From Hypanus sabinus (taxonomy: Eukaryota), in contig NC_082731.1 in the NCBI RefSeq assembly GCF_030144855.1, positions 23,126,001 to 23,190,000 on the forward strand: 64,000 nucleotides of DNA, read 5' to 3'. Positions 25,900 through 38,827 of this stretch are shown here, piece after piece; the first letter of the stretch is position 1; the number at the start of each line of letters is the position of its first letter. Under the pieces are notes generated by a model that saw nothing but the letters and a program-made list of their open reading frames with translations, was not told the DNA's origin and searched no databases. The position numbers and the translations under genes are program-made.

Positions 25900-28720
25900 A
25901 ATGAATTATATACAAACGTTGCATGTTGTTGTCGCGCTGATCATCGACAAGTCTCCGCTCCCAGCATCCCTCGGTCTTTGCGTGGCGAAGATGATGTCGG
26001 CTTCCGGGCTGAGATCTTTCCCTTACTCAGAGCCCTCACGGTTGTCGTTGACTGCCGACTCGCCCGCTTGTGCTGGAGCAGGTTCGCTGCCGCGTGGGCG
26101 AGCCGCCGCATGACCACCCCACCCGGAAAACCAGCGCAGGAGGTGCAACGTCCACAGACTTCACACTGTCAGTTCTTCTTGGTGGTGGGACTCGTCGTCG
26201 TAGGGATGGCACCGCAATCGGGCGTTTAAGCTCTAGATGCGGCGGCTTGAGACTGTCGATGGTAAAATACTCTTCACGACCGCCGATGTCGAGGAGCAGG
26301 TCTTCCCATTATTGCTCATCACCTTGTAGGGCCTTTCGTATGATCTCTGCAAGGGTGGTCTGTGCGCTCCGGGGCGAATGAAAACATGTTTGCTCTGTTG
26401 TAGGTCCTTGGGCACATAATTAGGTGTTGTGCAGAGATGGGACGTCCGGACTGGGATAAGTGTCCCAAGTCACTCGCCAAATTTTGCTAGGACCGCCATA
26501 GGTGTGTCCTCCTGGCCACGAGACGTTGGCACAAACTCACCGGGAACTGTGAGAGGGGTACCGCAAGCAACTTCGTCCAACGATGCGGCCGGGTCCTCCT
26601 TTTGTGCCGTGCGGATGCCAAGCAGCACACGGGGGAGATCGTCAACCCAGTCTGCCACTCGGAAGCGTGTCATGAGGGCTTACTTCAAGTACCGATGGAA
26701 ACGCTCCACCAGACGTGTGGACTGCAGATTGTATGCAGTCATTCTGTGGAGCTGGGTTCCGAGATGTTGTGCCAGTGCAGACCACATAGCCGAAGTGAAC
26801 TGCACACCCCTCTCTGAAGTGACGTGGCTGGAACTCCGAACCGAGCCGCCCGTGCCAACCGTGCAATCAGGGCTCTGGCGCATATCTCCGTGGCCGTGTC
26901 AGCGAGTGGGATAGCGTCCGTCCACGTCGTGAAACAGTCCAACATGGCGAACATGTATCTCGCTCCTCTCGAAACGGCAGTGGGCCGACAATGTACACGG
27001 GCACATGTTCAAACCTCCTATTTGTCGACTGGAAGTGTTGCAGTAGGGCGCCCACGTGCCTGCGGATTTTGGAAGCTTGACAGTGCGTGCATGTCTAGGC
27101 ACAATGCCCGACCTGCATGCCGAGGCCGTGCCCCACAAACCTGTCCGCGATCAGCCAAATCGGCAACGGGATGGAACGGTGGGCTAAACTGTACAGGGCG
27201 TCGAAAAGTCGACACCTGCAAGCGGTCGGGACTATTGGTCGAGGTTGCCCTGTGGGCACATCTCAAAGGAGCTTATTACCTTCGGGTCAAATAGTTATGC
27301 CTTCCAGGTGGACTGCGGATCGGTACGTCGGCATCTCGCTGTCTAGTCTTTGCGCCTTGTCTAACGCCGCATAATCCACCGCCGGAGACAGAGAGTGCAT
27401 TAATTAGACGGAGATGTGTGACAGCTCTTCGGCTACCGCGGTGTTATTCCCGGAGATGTGCTCGTGGTTGTAAACTCGGAGATATACTACAACTGGCGTT
27501 GCAGACGGCCCGACCGCGAGTCCGACACTTTGGCAAATTCAAAGATGAGGGGCTTGTGGTCTGTGAAGAGCGTGAACTCCCTCCCTTCTAGGAAATTCCT
27601 GAAGTGCCGGATGGCAAGGGACAGGGCCAGCAGCTCCCATGTCGAAATCGCTGCACTTAAGTTCCAGGGGTCGAAGGAATTGTCTGAAAAAACCGCGCGG
27701 CTTCCATTGGCCTTCGATGAGCTGCTCGAGCACGCAGCCAACTGCGGCGTCGGAAGCAACCACAGTGAGGGCACTGGGGACGTCGACAGGGGGTGGACCA
27801 GGAGCGTCATGTTTGCTAATATGCTCTCTGCTTGTTTGCAAGCCCCCATCGCCTCCTCTGTCCAGGTGATCACTTTGACCTTGCCCGACATCAAGCCGAA
27901 AAGTGCCTCATAATCCAGGTCGCTGAGGGCAGGAAACGGTGGTAAATGTTAACTATCCCTAAAAACTCCTGCAGTGCTGTGTCTGGCGAATTGACATATG
28001 GTTTCAACTATTCCCGGAAGGGGTACAGCTCCATGGCGGTCGATCCTGTGTCCCAATATTTCGATGGACGTTATTCCGAACTGGCACATGGCGCACTTGA
28101 TAGCCAGACCGTAGTCGCCGATGCGGGAGCAGAGCAGTTGTAAATGTGCTAGATGTTCCTGGCGGGAGCGTCTAGCGATAAGTATGTCATCCGGGTAGAT
28201 GAATTGAAATTCCAAAGCTCCTCCTACTGCATCCATCAGGCGCAGGAACGTCTCCGCCGCGTTTTCGAGCCCGAACGGCATCCTGATGAACGCGAACAGG
28301 CCAAAGAGGCTAATGAGGGCGTCTTAAGTACATTGTCCTGGTGGACCCTCCGGCCAGGTCAATCTTCGAAAAGATTCGCGGCCCATGCAGGTTAGCCGTA
28401 AAGTCCTGTATGCGTGGTTCCGTTAGCGATCGGACCTGGTGGCGTCGTTCAGCCTCCTATAGTCGCCGCACGGTCTCCATCCTACCGCTACTTGGACACA
28501 ATATGGGGTGGGGAGGCCCACTTGCTGCCGGAACGTCGCGCATTCCCCAGCTCCTCCATCATCTTGAATTCCCCTTTTGCGAGGTGGAGTTTATCGGGCG
28601 GTAGCCTGCAGGCCCGGGCATGAAGGGGAAGTCCCTGTGTGGGAATGTGGTGCATCACACTGTGCTTGGTATCTGTTGAAGAGTACTGCGGCGTTATGAT
28701 AGATCGGAACTCCGTTAAAA
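25900..28720 (-). mobile_element. 5'-truncated Gypsy pol (RT-RNaseH-integrase) of a second family
   Basis: MPFGLENAAETFLRLMD...IYPDDILIA; RNaseH TLFTDHKPL; integrase WVDDLPRVLLGIRTA, GAHRPPLQRSYERPYKV. Confidence 0.92.
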
Positions 28721-28757
28721 TGATTGCCTACAATGAACTCTGCACAATTTCTTCGTG
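28719..28757 (-). other. Degenerate 23-RSS
   Basis: CACGAAG - 23 nt - GCAATCATT immediately after YYCMK; CAC retained. Confidence 0.45.
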
Positions 28758-29193
28758 CTTCATGCAATAATACACAGAGTCAAGAGGCCGTAATTGCTTG
28801 AGAATTCCAATGGAAATCTGAGCTCTTGATTAAACATAGCTGATCTGCCAACCCTTCGAATAATCGCTGATTACGATGGTTCACTTAACTCATTGGATTA
28901 ATTGAAAATGGGACCTGCATCTATACCCTTGCATTTAAAAACATGGTTCTTCAAAGTCGTGTGTATACCATATTTGTATTGTTGCAACTATAATATGATT
29001 CCATATTATGGTTCCACTGGAGTTACATCTGCTTCTGTCAAGTATCGAAAGACTGAGTTGCTGAAGACACGTGAAAGAGCTAATTTGCATCCGAGAACAC
29101 GCAATTGACAAAAGTGAATAAATTCTCATTTCCTTATAACTGCATGGGCATTCGCAATCAACGCAGAACTTAAAACATGGATAACTACAGCAT
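28758..29193 (-). pseudogene. Decayed leader-intron-V gene
   Basis: Leader-like ML*LSMF*VLR*LRMP from 29193; acceptor gtgtcttcAG; 303-nt exon; Cys about 22 residues after TQS; one frame reads IWYTHDFEEPCF*MQGY...QISIGILKQLRPLDSVYYCMK. Confidence 0.7.
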
Positions 29194-30039
29194 ATTACAG
29201 GAAATTTTGTTCATAAAGTTGTGCTGAAGATGTAATCTACACTAGACACATCCTAGAGTTTCCGTAGCGCATAGCTATTTAATTTTCTAATCTCCATGTA
29301 CCTAACTGAGCGTCATAAAAGCCTATTTAATGCGCTTCCACCACCGCCGTCAGCAGTGCATTCCACGTACCCACAACTCTGGTGTAGAACGGACACATGA
29401 CATCCCCTCGTTACGTATTTCCAAGCACCTTAGCACAATGCCCTTTCGTTTTACCGATTTAGCCATGGGTAAAAAAAAAAAAAAATCCTCTGGCTATCCA
29501 CACCATCATTGCCGCTCATGATCATATACAAGTCTGTTCTGTCATACCTGTTTTACATCCTTCCATGTACAACAACCACCAAACTTTATAAGACAATTAT
29601 CCACTACTGGGCGCCACGGCATTTCTTCCGATGTCAAACGCTTACAGGAGTTGGTGATTGTTAGAAAATTATACACCTGGCAAAGTTACATTTAGAATGA
29701 TAAATTTCTTGTACAGTTTGATGTCATTGAACGTGAAAAGTTACATATGAACTGCTCTCGTTTCTCTGGTGCAAAGAAAATAGTTTGCTGTGTGCACAAC
29801 GATTTTTACACCAGATGTAGAGGCAGATTCTCTTTAGCATGCAGTACTTAACAGCAGCTCCCTTAAGAAACAATGCTCCGCTGCATATTACAACAGTTCT
29901 CTGCTGGAATTCTCCACAGGTTAGTTGGGAATTACGCTTTAATTCACTCAGGTGAGAACACAATCTCATGGAAGTTCGATGCTTAGTATGCAGTGCGTAT
30001 CTGCTTCTTGCCGAGAACATGTTTGCCATTATGATGCAG

Positions 30040-32150
30040 AGACACATGACAGAGCTGGAGCACACGACTCCGGAATTACTTAAAGTAATCTGAAAACTGT
30101 CTCTCTCATGCACTCCGGAAAATCTTTCATTTAAGTAGGGCGACTGATGTGTATAGGCAGGAAGTAATCTCTTCAGTAGATATCCCAGCGGTTCTCCGGT
30201 ACACAGTGGGTACGAGGAAGCAACATTTGCATTAAGTATTGCCCAATAAGTAAAGTTCACTTCTATATTGTGTTCTTCCACAGCTATGGAAGTAGGAACT
30301 TCCACAACATTTGGCATGGACTAGAAGGGCCGAAATGGCCTGTTTTCGTGCTGTAATTCTTATATGGTTATATTCAGCAAACTGATCACCAGAGGCTCCT
30401 ACAGAGACTCAATATAATCTGAACAGCCGGAGAGTATATCAAGGATCCAGACTCCAATCTGACAAGAATAATGCAGACTCACCGCCAGGTTCAGGGATAA
30501 TCATCAATAAAGGATTCGAGGTGCTTGGGAACGAGATTGAGAACGTAAGCATGTGTTCCCGTGATGATGTCTATTTGTGTTAGCATCTCAATACGTGTAT
30601 CTCTCTCTGTCTCTCTCTCTCTCGCGCGCGCGTACAGACATCCTATGCTTGCCATCGTCGAAAGGTGTCATCATTGTCATCATTGGCTCTCCCCCACCGC
30701 TCTACTGCCTCCTGTCACTTTAAGGAGTTGGGTGTTCGAATGATATTATGCTTCCACACTGTGTCAAACGTTCTTTCTCTTGGGAGCACTGTTTATGTCA
30801 TATGTTGAAATAAATTGGGAACATCTGTATCAAGAGAATAGATATCATTCAGGCAAGAACAGAATGATTACAGACTAACAACTATGATCATTTTATTCTA
30901 ATATAACGGAGTTCATTTTGTTAATAATGTGCATAATGCCTGCTTAAGTTAATTTATGGTTGTTGAAGCTGCATACAGGATTCTCTGTGACCCTTATGCT
31001 GCTGCCATGTTTTAAATCAACTGTACTTTAGTTTTTTTTTTATATGTGAATAAACTTGCCTTTGAATTTGCTCTGGCTTTATGGCATTTGTCCTAGGAGC
31101 CAGCACAATATTTGCGTTGAACACATTTAGATGATTTTTTTCCCTAGATCATTGATAGTGGAGAAATGTTCCAGAAGGAAGCTACATTATCATAGGTTGC
31201 GGTGCATGTTTTATTTAGATTTGAGGTTTCAGCTGTTCAACTATAAGATGAAGATTTTGCTGCATTTCGACTCGTCGGTCAAGACTCAAATGAGGAAGCA
31301 TTACGAAGATATATGCCAAGACCAAACAAATTCTCCAACGCTCACGTCTGCTTCATAAACTCATGTCATCTTTAAATTACGAGGCAGTGTCAATGCCGGA
31401 AAGGAAGAGCACCTGTCATACGAAATCGGGAAGATTACAGATTCAGAGAGATATGTAAGGAAGCACGGTTGAAAAATGGATCACCTGTTACAATCAGAGA
31501 ACGTTCCCAGAAATCGTAATTTACTGTTTAGGCATTTGATACCGGTTGGTAACAAATGATTCAAAGTTGACAAACATAGTTCGGAAGACATTCTGAATGT
31601 GAAATGCATCATAAAATATAACAGCATGTTAGAGAATCACAACAGTTCAATCGCACTGTCTGTCATTACTCAGCCAGAGACGCAGATGTATCCCCCGTGA
31701 GGCATTCACTCCTACACTGATACATCAGAATCACAGGTAAAACAGGAGCCCCTTGTCAATATGACTGACACGGTTGATCCGAGGTCAGATCATCCTGTGC
31801 GACGTACCAAGGCGATGGTTGCTACTGAGCGCGATCCATTCCCAGAGAGGTGACCGTTTTATCTTGTTGAAATGGGTGGGGGAAACAGATATTTCGAGCG
31901 GAAGTGTTATGACAGAAAAATCTTCGGAAAATAATTCGGCGATTAATCAAACAGAGAGAAAAAAAAGGGGAATCCGCGGAGCGACACAACTGGGGATCAG
32001 TCTGAAGTTCCCGGGAGCTTACATTCCTCTCTGTATATCTATGGGCATACTAAAGTACTAAACAGGATTTCAGACGTTTCAGGGACTAAACTATGAAGAA
32101 ACCATACGCATTGAAAGTATTTATGACAGAGTATTTATATCTGGACTTCT
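30040..32150. repeat. Inverted segmental duplication of about 52130-53260; this copy carries a ~1.07-kb extra insert (30427-31495)
   Basis: Long colinear reverse-complement matches, e.g. gaacgttcccag, ggtaacaaatgattc, caaactgatcaccagag, ggaagttcc. Confidence 0.9.
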
Positions 32151-32700
32151 TGGCTAAGCAGGTAGCTACCTGATCACTCCAACACAACGAGCTACGTTGT
32201 CCAGGGCTTTCAATATCTATTTTGCGTGGACATAGGTCCCTGTTGTTATTGTGATGTCTTCTGTGAATCTCCATATGCTGTTCTCCAAGAGAGGGCCACA
32301 GGTCATGTCTGTTGCTGCCAATGTGAGGAGATACAAACTAATTAAATATCAAAATGGCGGAGATGGTGCAGCCGATTGGAGTCCATTTCAGAGATCTTCC
32401 CACCTGAATATAAGGTGGTCTGAAGTGAAGTTGAATTCTCCTAGTTAACTGATAATCAGTTAATGCCTTACTGGCATGATATAGTAGTGAGCCTGACCAG
32501 TCTAGATGAGGATTGTAGTGTTAAACCGTCGGCGTTGGCAAGGTATAACGACATAACTGCTAGGTTACCAGTCATTTGCCAAGCCTGGCGAAGCAATTGG
32601 TTGACCGTCGAGATGTCTTTAAGAAGCACAGAAAAAAATCGGGATGTCACCTTTCTGGGTGGAGGTGCTGAAATGGTGCGTCACCAGTGAGGGAATTTCG
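31660..32700 (+). mobile_element. Old Gypsy gag-like relic
   Basis: Paralog at 52140-52620 is contiguous with a Gypsy protease-like segment; no intact ORF. Confidence 0.5.
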
Positions 32701-32809
32701 TTACAGGAATAATTAAACCAAAATAAATTATAGGGACACGAAATGAGTTTTGGAATGCAACATGTAGAGTTTTAATAAATGAAAACAAGTGGCCAAAATG
32801 CACTAGCCA

Positions 32810-32915
32810 GTAAAACCTAAACCTGAGACGGTGAAGTCAAAATACCGAATTAGTAGTAAAATAACAACCTTCTGGCTGGTATCGAGAATAATATCCTGAG
32901 AAGGAGGATTGCTAT
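32810..32915 (+). pseudogene. V relic, FR1-FR2 only, possibly VH-like
   Basis: KPETVKSK(Y/C)RISSKITTFW then tgg tat cga gaa taa tat cct gag aag (WYRE*YPEK). Confidence 0.45.
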
Positions 32916-32944
32916 GAACGTGATGATGGCAGAGGAATAGTTTT

Positions 32945-33190
32945 CCTTGGGGAAAAGGCATCCTTTTAAACATCTTCCGGCTTAGTGCGATAGAGCCTTT
33001 CTCCATTATGTTCAAACATCTCCGGAGGCGATTTAAAATTTTCTTATATATCGTAGCGTCTACCGCTCGGTCGACAGGCGGCTGATGACTTTGCAGTCTT
33101 GCTGATATTCTAGACTTCCTTTCTCGTTGGCTCAGTGCCACTCAGCACTGTTGCTGGCATTTTCGTTTGCGGGATTTCTGGATTGAATTC
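32945..33190 (+). pseudogene. TCR-type V relic (late FR1 to FR3)
   Basis: GEKASF; FLHYVQTSPEAI*NFLIY (cf. LHWYVQ.PGEAP.FLIY); ADDFA; tca gtg cca ctc (SVPL); terminal Cys decayed; no RSS. Confidence 0.45.
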
Positions 33191-33442
33191 TCGTCCCTGA
33201 TTCCTGCGGCGATCGTTGCTTGATATACGTTTCAAACTTTTAAACAGCTGCTATCCTTTTGCTTTCATCGGAAGTTATCCTTTCTACACTCTCTACAAGC
33301 AACAGTCCTGCCTAAAGCATGTCGACTGTGTCGTATTTGGTGCTGTGTCCCAGGTATGGTTGGCATGGCTGGTCGCGAGAGCACGCATTCCATTGGTTTG
33401 ATATTCAATTATTCGCGTTATCAGCTCCACAGCATCACATGT

Positions 33443-33722
33443 AGAAACTGAAAAAAGCGTAGAGTGCACGTCCAGGAGGGCGGAGCCTACGTATCTGTGA
33501 AACTGACGTTTTTCTGTTCCGAGTTGCAAGTCGTCTTCAACAGTCGGTAACGGTTGAGTAGCTGTTACTTCAAACATTGACATACCATCATTCCTGGGAG
33601 CACATTTCCACGCTGTTTGACTTCCTAGAGGGAAGGAGTTAAATAGAAATGGCTTGAACCTGGTTTCTCCAGTTGTCAGGAAATCCTTCCGGATAAGACA
33701 CACTAATAATCAATTCACAAAA
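33443..33722 (-). pseudogene. Ig heavy-chain-like V relic whose leader intron is split by the Gypsy element
   Basis: Phase-1 frame LEKPGSSH..LT; VLPGMMV.QCL (cf. VPGKGLEWL); gtt gaa g-a cga ctt gca (VEGRFT-like); cac tct acg ctt (DSAL-like); acceptor cttctattcAG at 33723-24. Confidence 0.55.
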
Positions 33723-33739
33723 CTGAATAGAAGTAGAGA

Positions 33740-36700
33740 TGCGACAGGGTTGTGGCAGGAAAACGAACCGAAGTGCAGGACTCCGACGCGGAGGCAGGAT
33801 AAGGAGGCAGAATCTCCGTAGTGGTTGCAGAGTCGGGACCAGGCCGGGTAGGGACCTGGGAGATTTGGTTTACGAAGAGATACGGGGTCGAAGACTTCGA
33901 GCAAGGCTCCTCTCTCCCTGGGAGTCGACCAGCAATCTGGCAAGTGCTGACCGCAGCTGTTCGAGTCTTGTCCTCAGGTGGCCAATGGAAACCACGCGCT
34001 GGTGATTGAGAGGAATTGGGAAAGATCGGAATTCAAGTGTGGGGATTATGGACCAATTAGGGAGGAAAGGTAAAAGGTGGGAAATACTAGCCAGGACCAT
34101 GACAGTACACCCTCCTCAATGGGAGCCTACCGGCGAATTTCCTGGCTTGTTGTGATAGTCCCGATAAATGTCATGGTTGAAGGAATGGTCCAAAATAAAT
34201 TAGCGGGGAACCCAGAAAAGGTCCGCTGGAACATACCCTTCCCAATCCACCAAGTACTAGGACCCTCTGCCACTTCGGGGCACATTCAATAGCCGTCGGG
34301 CGGTGGACGCTGGATGGATGCCAATGAATCGGGCTGGTGGGGGAATATCAGGCGGTGGACACAAGGGGCTGACCGAGACTGGTTTAAACTGGGAAACATG
34401 GAATGTAGGGTGGATCCGTAGGGAACATTGTATCTTCAGTCTGACCGCTGTAGGATGAGTAACCCGTTTGACACTGAACGGTCCTAGGAAGACTGGAGCG
34501 AGTTTTCTATGCTCATTCCTGAGCCGAATGTCTTTGGAGGACAGCCATAACAACTGCCCAGGTTGGTACTCCGGTGCCGGAGTCCGGTGTCGGTCGGCTG
34601 TCTCCTTGTAGCGATTTGCTGAGCGGTCCAGGGCCGCACGGGTCTCCTTCCAAATCCTGCGGCACCGGTCTGTATAATCGTGGACGGATGGTACTGCAAT
34701 CTCTGCTTCCTGTGCGGGAAGCAACGGGTGCTGGTACCCCAGCGAACGCTCAAACGGGGACTTTCCTACAGCTGAACTCACGAGGAAGTTGTGTGAGTAC
34801 TCGACCCAGGGGATTTGAACTCTCCAGTTGTCCGGCTTGTTTTTGGTCACGCAACTCAACGTGGCTTCCAGATCCTGGTTATTGCGCTCTGTCTGTCCAT
34901 TTGTCAGGGGGTGGAAGTCGGATGATAGGCTGACTGATGTACCCAAGGCTCGGCAGAATGCTCTGCACACCTTAGAGACGAACTGGGTGCGTCGGTCCGA
35001 GACGATGTCGGCGGGGATTCCTTGGAGGCAAAGAATGTGGCGGGCAAGGAGGTCAGTGGTCTCTTGGGCCGAGGAGACTTGCGGTAGGCCTGCAAAATGA
35101 AAAACCTTCAGAAATCGGACTACAACGGTTAGAATGCTCGTATTTCAGCTGGATTTGGGCAGACGTGTGACGAAGTGCAGGGCGATGTGCGACCATGGGC
35201 ATCCAGCAACAGGCAGGCGGCGAAGCAATCCCGCAGTCGGCCTCTCCCCGGGCACAAGTGGGATATGCCGCGACGAAGAAGCAGTTGTCTGCCTCCATGG
35301 AGGGCCACCAAAAATTTCTTCTCAGGAGTGCCAGGTTTCGTTTACCTCCGGTGTGGCAGGCAAATCGATACGAGTGCCCCCACTAGGGGATCTGAGATCG
35401 GACGCGTTCCTGCACATAGAGGCTGTCGCTGGGTCCGTTACCTGAGTCCGGATCAGACTGTTGGGCCTCCATTACCACGCACTCGATCTGCCAGGTGAGG
35501 GCGGGTACCACGCAGGACGGGGGAATGAACGTTTCTGGACTGCAGATGTCCTCACTGGAGTCAAACTGGCGGGAGAGCACTTCCGGCTTTCCGTTCAAGG
35601 ACCCTGGACGGTAAGTGGTGGTAAACTTGAATCGCCTAAAGAATCATGCCCAACAGGCCTGGCGCGATTTCAGGCGCTTGGCGGACTGAATATACTCCAG
35701 TTTTTTTGTGATCTGTCCAGACGACGAATGGCTCCTCCAACCCGTGCCACCACTCTTCTAACGCCAATTTGACCGCCAATAGCTCTCGACTTCCCACGTC
35801 ATAATTCCGTTCCGTGTGGGCCACTCGGAGGGAAAGGAATGCACCTCGTTGAACCGTTTCGCCAGTATCCGACCGTTGGGACAGGACTGCTCCGACCCCG
35901 GAATATGAAGCGTCCACCTCCACGACAAATTGTCGGGACGGGTCCGGATGGATCAGGATGGGGGCGGTGGTAAAGCGTCTCTGTAAGTTAGTGAATGCTG
36001 CTTCCCACTTCGGTGTCCCAAGAAAAGGATGTGGAGGGTGAAGTAAATCTACTGAGGGGAGCTGCCACCCGACTGTAGTCCCTGATAAAACGGCGGTAGA
36101 AGTTCGCTAATCCCAGGAACCATTGGTGTTTCTTGGGGGTCTTGGCCCTAGGCCAATCCTCCATCGCACTGATCTTCCCGGGGTCGGATCTCCCCTGCCC
36201 GCCTTCGATGATGTATCCTTGGAAGCTGACCGAAGGGACAGGAAACTCACATTTATCCGCCTTCACAAACGGTTGGCTTTCCCAGTGCCTCGGAAGGTCT
36301 CTACGGACATGGCGAACATGTTCATGCAGGCTGCCGGAAAAGATCAGAATGTCGTTTAGATGGACGAATACGAAACGGTTAATGAAGTCGCTTAACACAT
36401 CGTTGATGAAGTCCTTGAAAACGGCGGGAGCATTAGTAAGGCCAAACGGCATCAAAATTTATTCAAAATGGCCCTGACTGGTATTAAAGGCTGTCTTCTT
36501 CTCATCCCCTTTCCGTATCCTAACGATGTGGTAGGCATTCCGTAGGTCTGGCTTGGAAAAGGTGGTCATTCCGAAGGCTGATCAAATAAGATATAGTGGC
36601 TATTTATTCTTAATGGTTATGTTGTTAAAGGCTCGATAATTGACGCAGGGGCGAAGCGATCCATCTTTCTTTTCCACAATAAAGAACCCGGCGGCCACAG

Positions 36701-38827
36701 GGTAGGAAGCCGGCCTGATGAGGCCCGCTGCGAGGGACTCGTCCAGGTATCTCTTAATGGTCCCCCTCTCTGGTCGCGACAAATTATAGAGGCGACTAGT
36801 GGATAGTGGGGCCCAGGAAGAAGTTCGAAGGCAGAGTCATAAGGGCGAGGCGGAGGCAAGGCAAGTGCTCGTTGTTTGCTGAACACCTGCCTCAGGTCGT
36901 GGTATTCAGCAGGTACCCTGCAGAGGTCAAGGTCTTCGGAGGCCGGCGAGGTCGCCGCAGAATCGCTGGAAGGTGGGGCCGAAAGTAGATACAGGGTGTT
37001 GCATGCCGGATTCCATCTGTCTATCCTCCCAGCGGTCCAGTCGATCTGGCAATTGTTCTGGTTCAGCTATGGGTACCCTAGGACGACAGGGGCTTGGGGG
37101 GGTTTGAAAAAGGCTGAAACGTACTTCCTTCCGATGATTGCCGGAAAGAATCAAGGTGACGGGTGGGGTACAGTGGGTCAAACGAGCAAGCAGCCTCCCA
37201 TCTAGGGCCCTGGCCTCCAGAGGGGTGGTCAACTGCTTCCGCAATATTCCGCCTGGGTAGCTACCACTCGTCCAGAAGGTTGCCCTCCGAAACAGAATCC
37301 ACCAGAACGGATACGGACAGGGACTGCAGCTGGTGTTTCACGGTTGCCGGGACCTACATTCGTGTCTGGGGTGCTGAAGGAAGTATCATTCGGCTCACCA
37401 GGACTCCCTCTCTCACTGGTGAACCCTCCACTTTTGGCAGCTGAGGACAGGTATCCCGGAGGTGGACTGGTTGGGTGCAATAGTAAGAGGCCCTAGCTCT
37501 CCACATCCGCGTCCGTTCGGCCATGCAGAGCCTATTCGTCCAAGCTGCATTGGTTCTTCTTCCAGGACGGTGTGGACAGATGGAGCACGAACGAAACTGG
37601 GGGGGAGCCGAGGAAGGCGAATTGGTGGAAGGTGGGGAAACGGGCCGTGGATTTACCCGAGGAGCTGGGTGACTCCTACTTTCCCTCCGACGCTCCCGAA
37701 ACCGGTCGTCCAGCATGGTCGCTAATGTGATTAGTGCTGCTAGACTGTCCATGTCATCTTTCGCTGGAAGTTGTTCCATAATCTTTTCTGCGAGACGCTG
37801 TCGGAACACCTCCCGTAGTGCCTCGTCGTTCCATCACGAGTCGGCTACCACGGTGCGGAAGTCGATGGCATATTTCGCCACACTTCGTGGACCCCGACTC
37901 AAGGTCAGCAAGCGTCTGGCGGCGTCATTTCCGCAAAGGGGCTGTACGAAAACCTTCCACGTCTCTGAGATAAGGTGGGGAAGGCGGTGCAGTCCTCAGG
38001 TTGGATGTCCCAAATAGCCGTAGCTCATGCCAGGGCATCCCCTCGCAGCTGCGCCATGATTAACGCGAACTTCGACTTATCTAATGCGTATGTTCGTGGC
38101 TGTTCCTCGAAAAACAAGGAGCATAATAGTAGTAATGGCTTACACCTGCCTAGGTTCACCACGTAGGTTTCTGGCTCCGGAACATACGGCTGGCGAGGAG
38201 AACATATTGCCGGTTCCGGGGGACAGACGGTATGCCCGGATGGGTCGGCCGGAGTTCTCCGTGGGTCAGACGGACTAAGGAAGACGGACATCCGGTCCAC
38301 CTGCTCACTGACCTCGGCCACATTTGTGATCAGCGTATATGGTGTTCCGTAACTTCCCGGAGCAATTGTTCGTGAGTGCCTATTAACTGGTCCTGGCTGG
38401 CGAGGGCCTGTTAAACGGGATCCGAGTCCGCTGGGTTCTTGACTGGCCAGAATGTTCTGTGACCGGGACTTGGCAGGAAAACGAACCCAAGTGCAGTACT
38501 CCGACGCGGAGGAAAAATCAGGAGGGAAAATATCCTTAGCGTGTGTAGAACGGGGACTGGACTGGGGCAGGACATGGGAGGTTCGGTTTACGAAGAGATA
38601 CGGGGTCGAAGACTTGGAGCAAGATGCCTCTCTCTCTCTGAGAGGCGACCAACAATCTGGCATGGCTGATAGGAGCTGTAGGATCCTTGTCATCTGATGG
38701 CTTATCATCTGAAACGAGGTGCTGGTGATTGAGAGGAATTGTGAAAGATTGGAAATAAAGTGTGGGTTTTAAGTACCAATTAGGGAGGAAAGTGACAAGG
38801 TGGGGAATGCCAGCCAGGGCCAGGACA
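33740..38827 (-). mobile_element. Full-length (5088 bp) degenerate chromovirus-type Gypsy retrotransposon
   Basis: LTRs 38458-38827 and 33740-34104; 5-bp TSD AGAGA (33735-39 and 38828-32); PBS gaacattctggcc; PPT gaggagggtgtac; gag, protease, RT ([21 protein letters not shown]), RNaseH ([18 protein letters not shown]), integrase (TNGQTERNNQ) and chromodomain; frameshifted. Confidence 0.96.

Noticed and set aside
29083-29090. Ig octamer as a V promoter
   Set aside because: Lies in the intron of the relic, downstream of the leader; no gene downstream on the other strand
12476-30208. Scattered CACAGTG/CACTGTG heptamers (e.g. about 12476, 12548, 19921, 27764, 28658, 30202)
   Set aside because: Within transposon or duplicated sequence and lacking a 12- or 23-spaced nonamer
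29724-30317. 197-aa ORF on the minus strand
   Set aside because: No recognisable domain; the paralog near 53070 has TAG where this copy has TCG, and there is no splice or codon evidence
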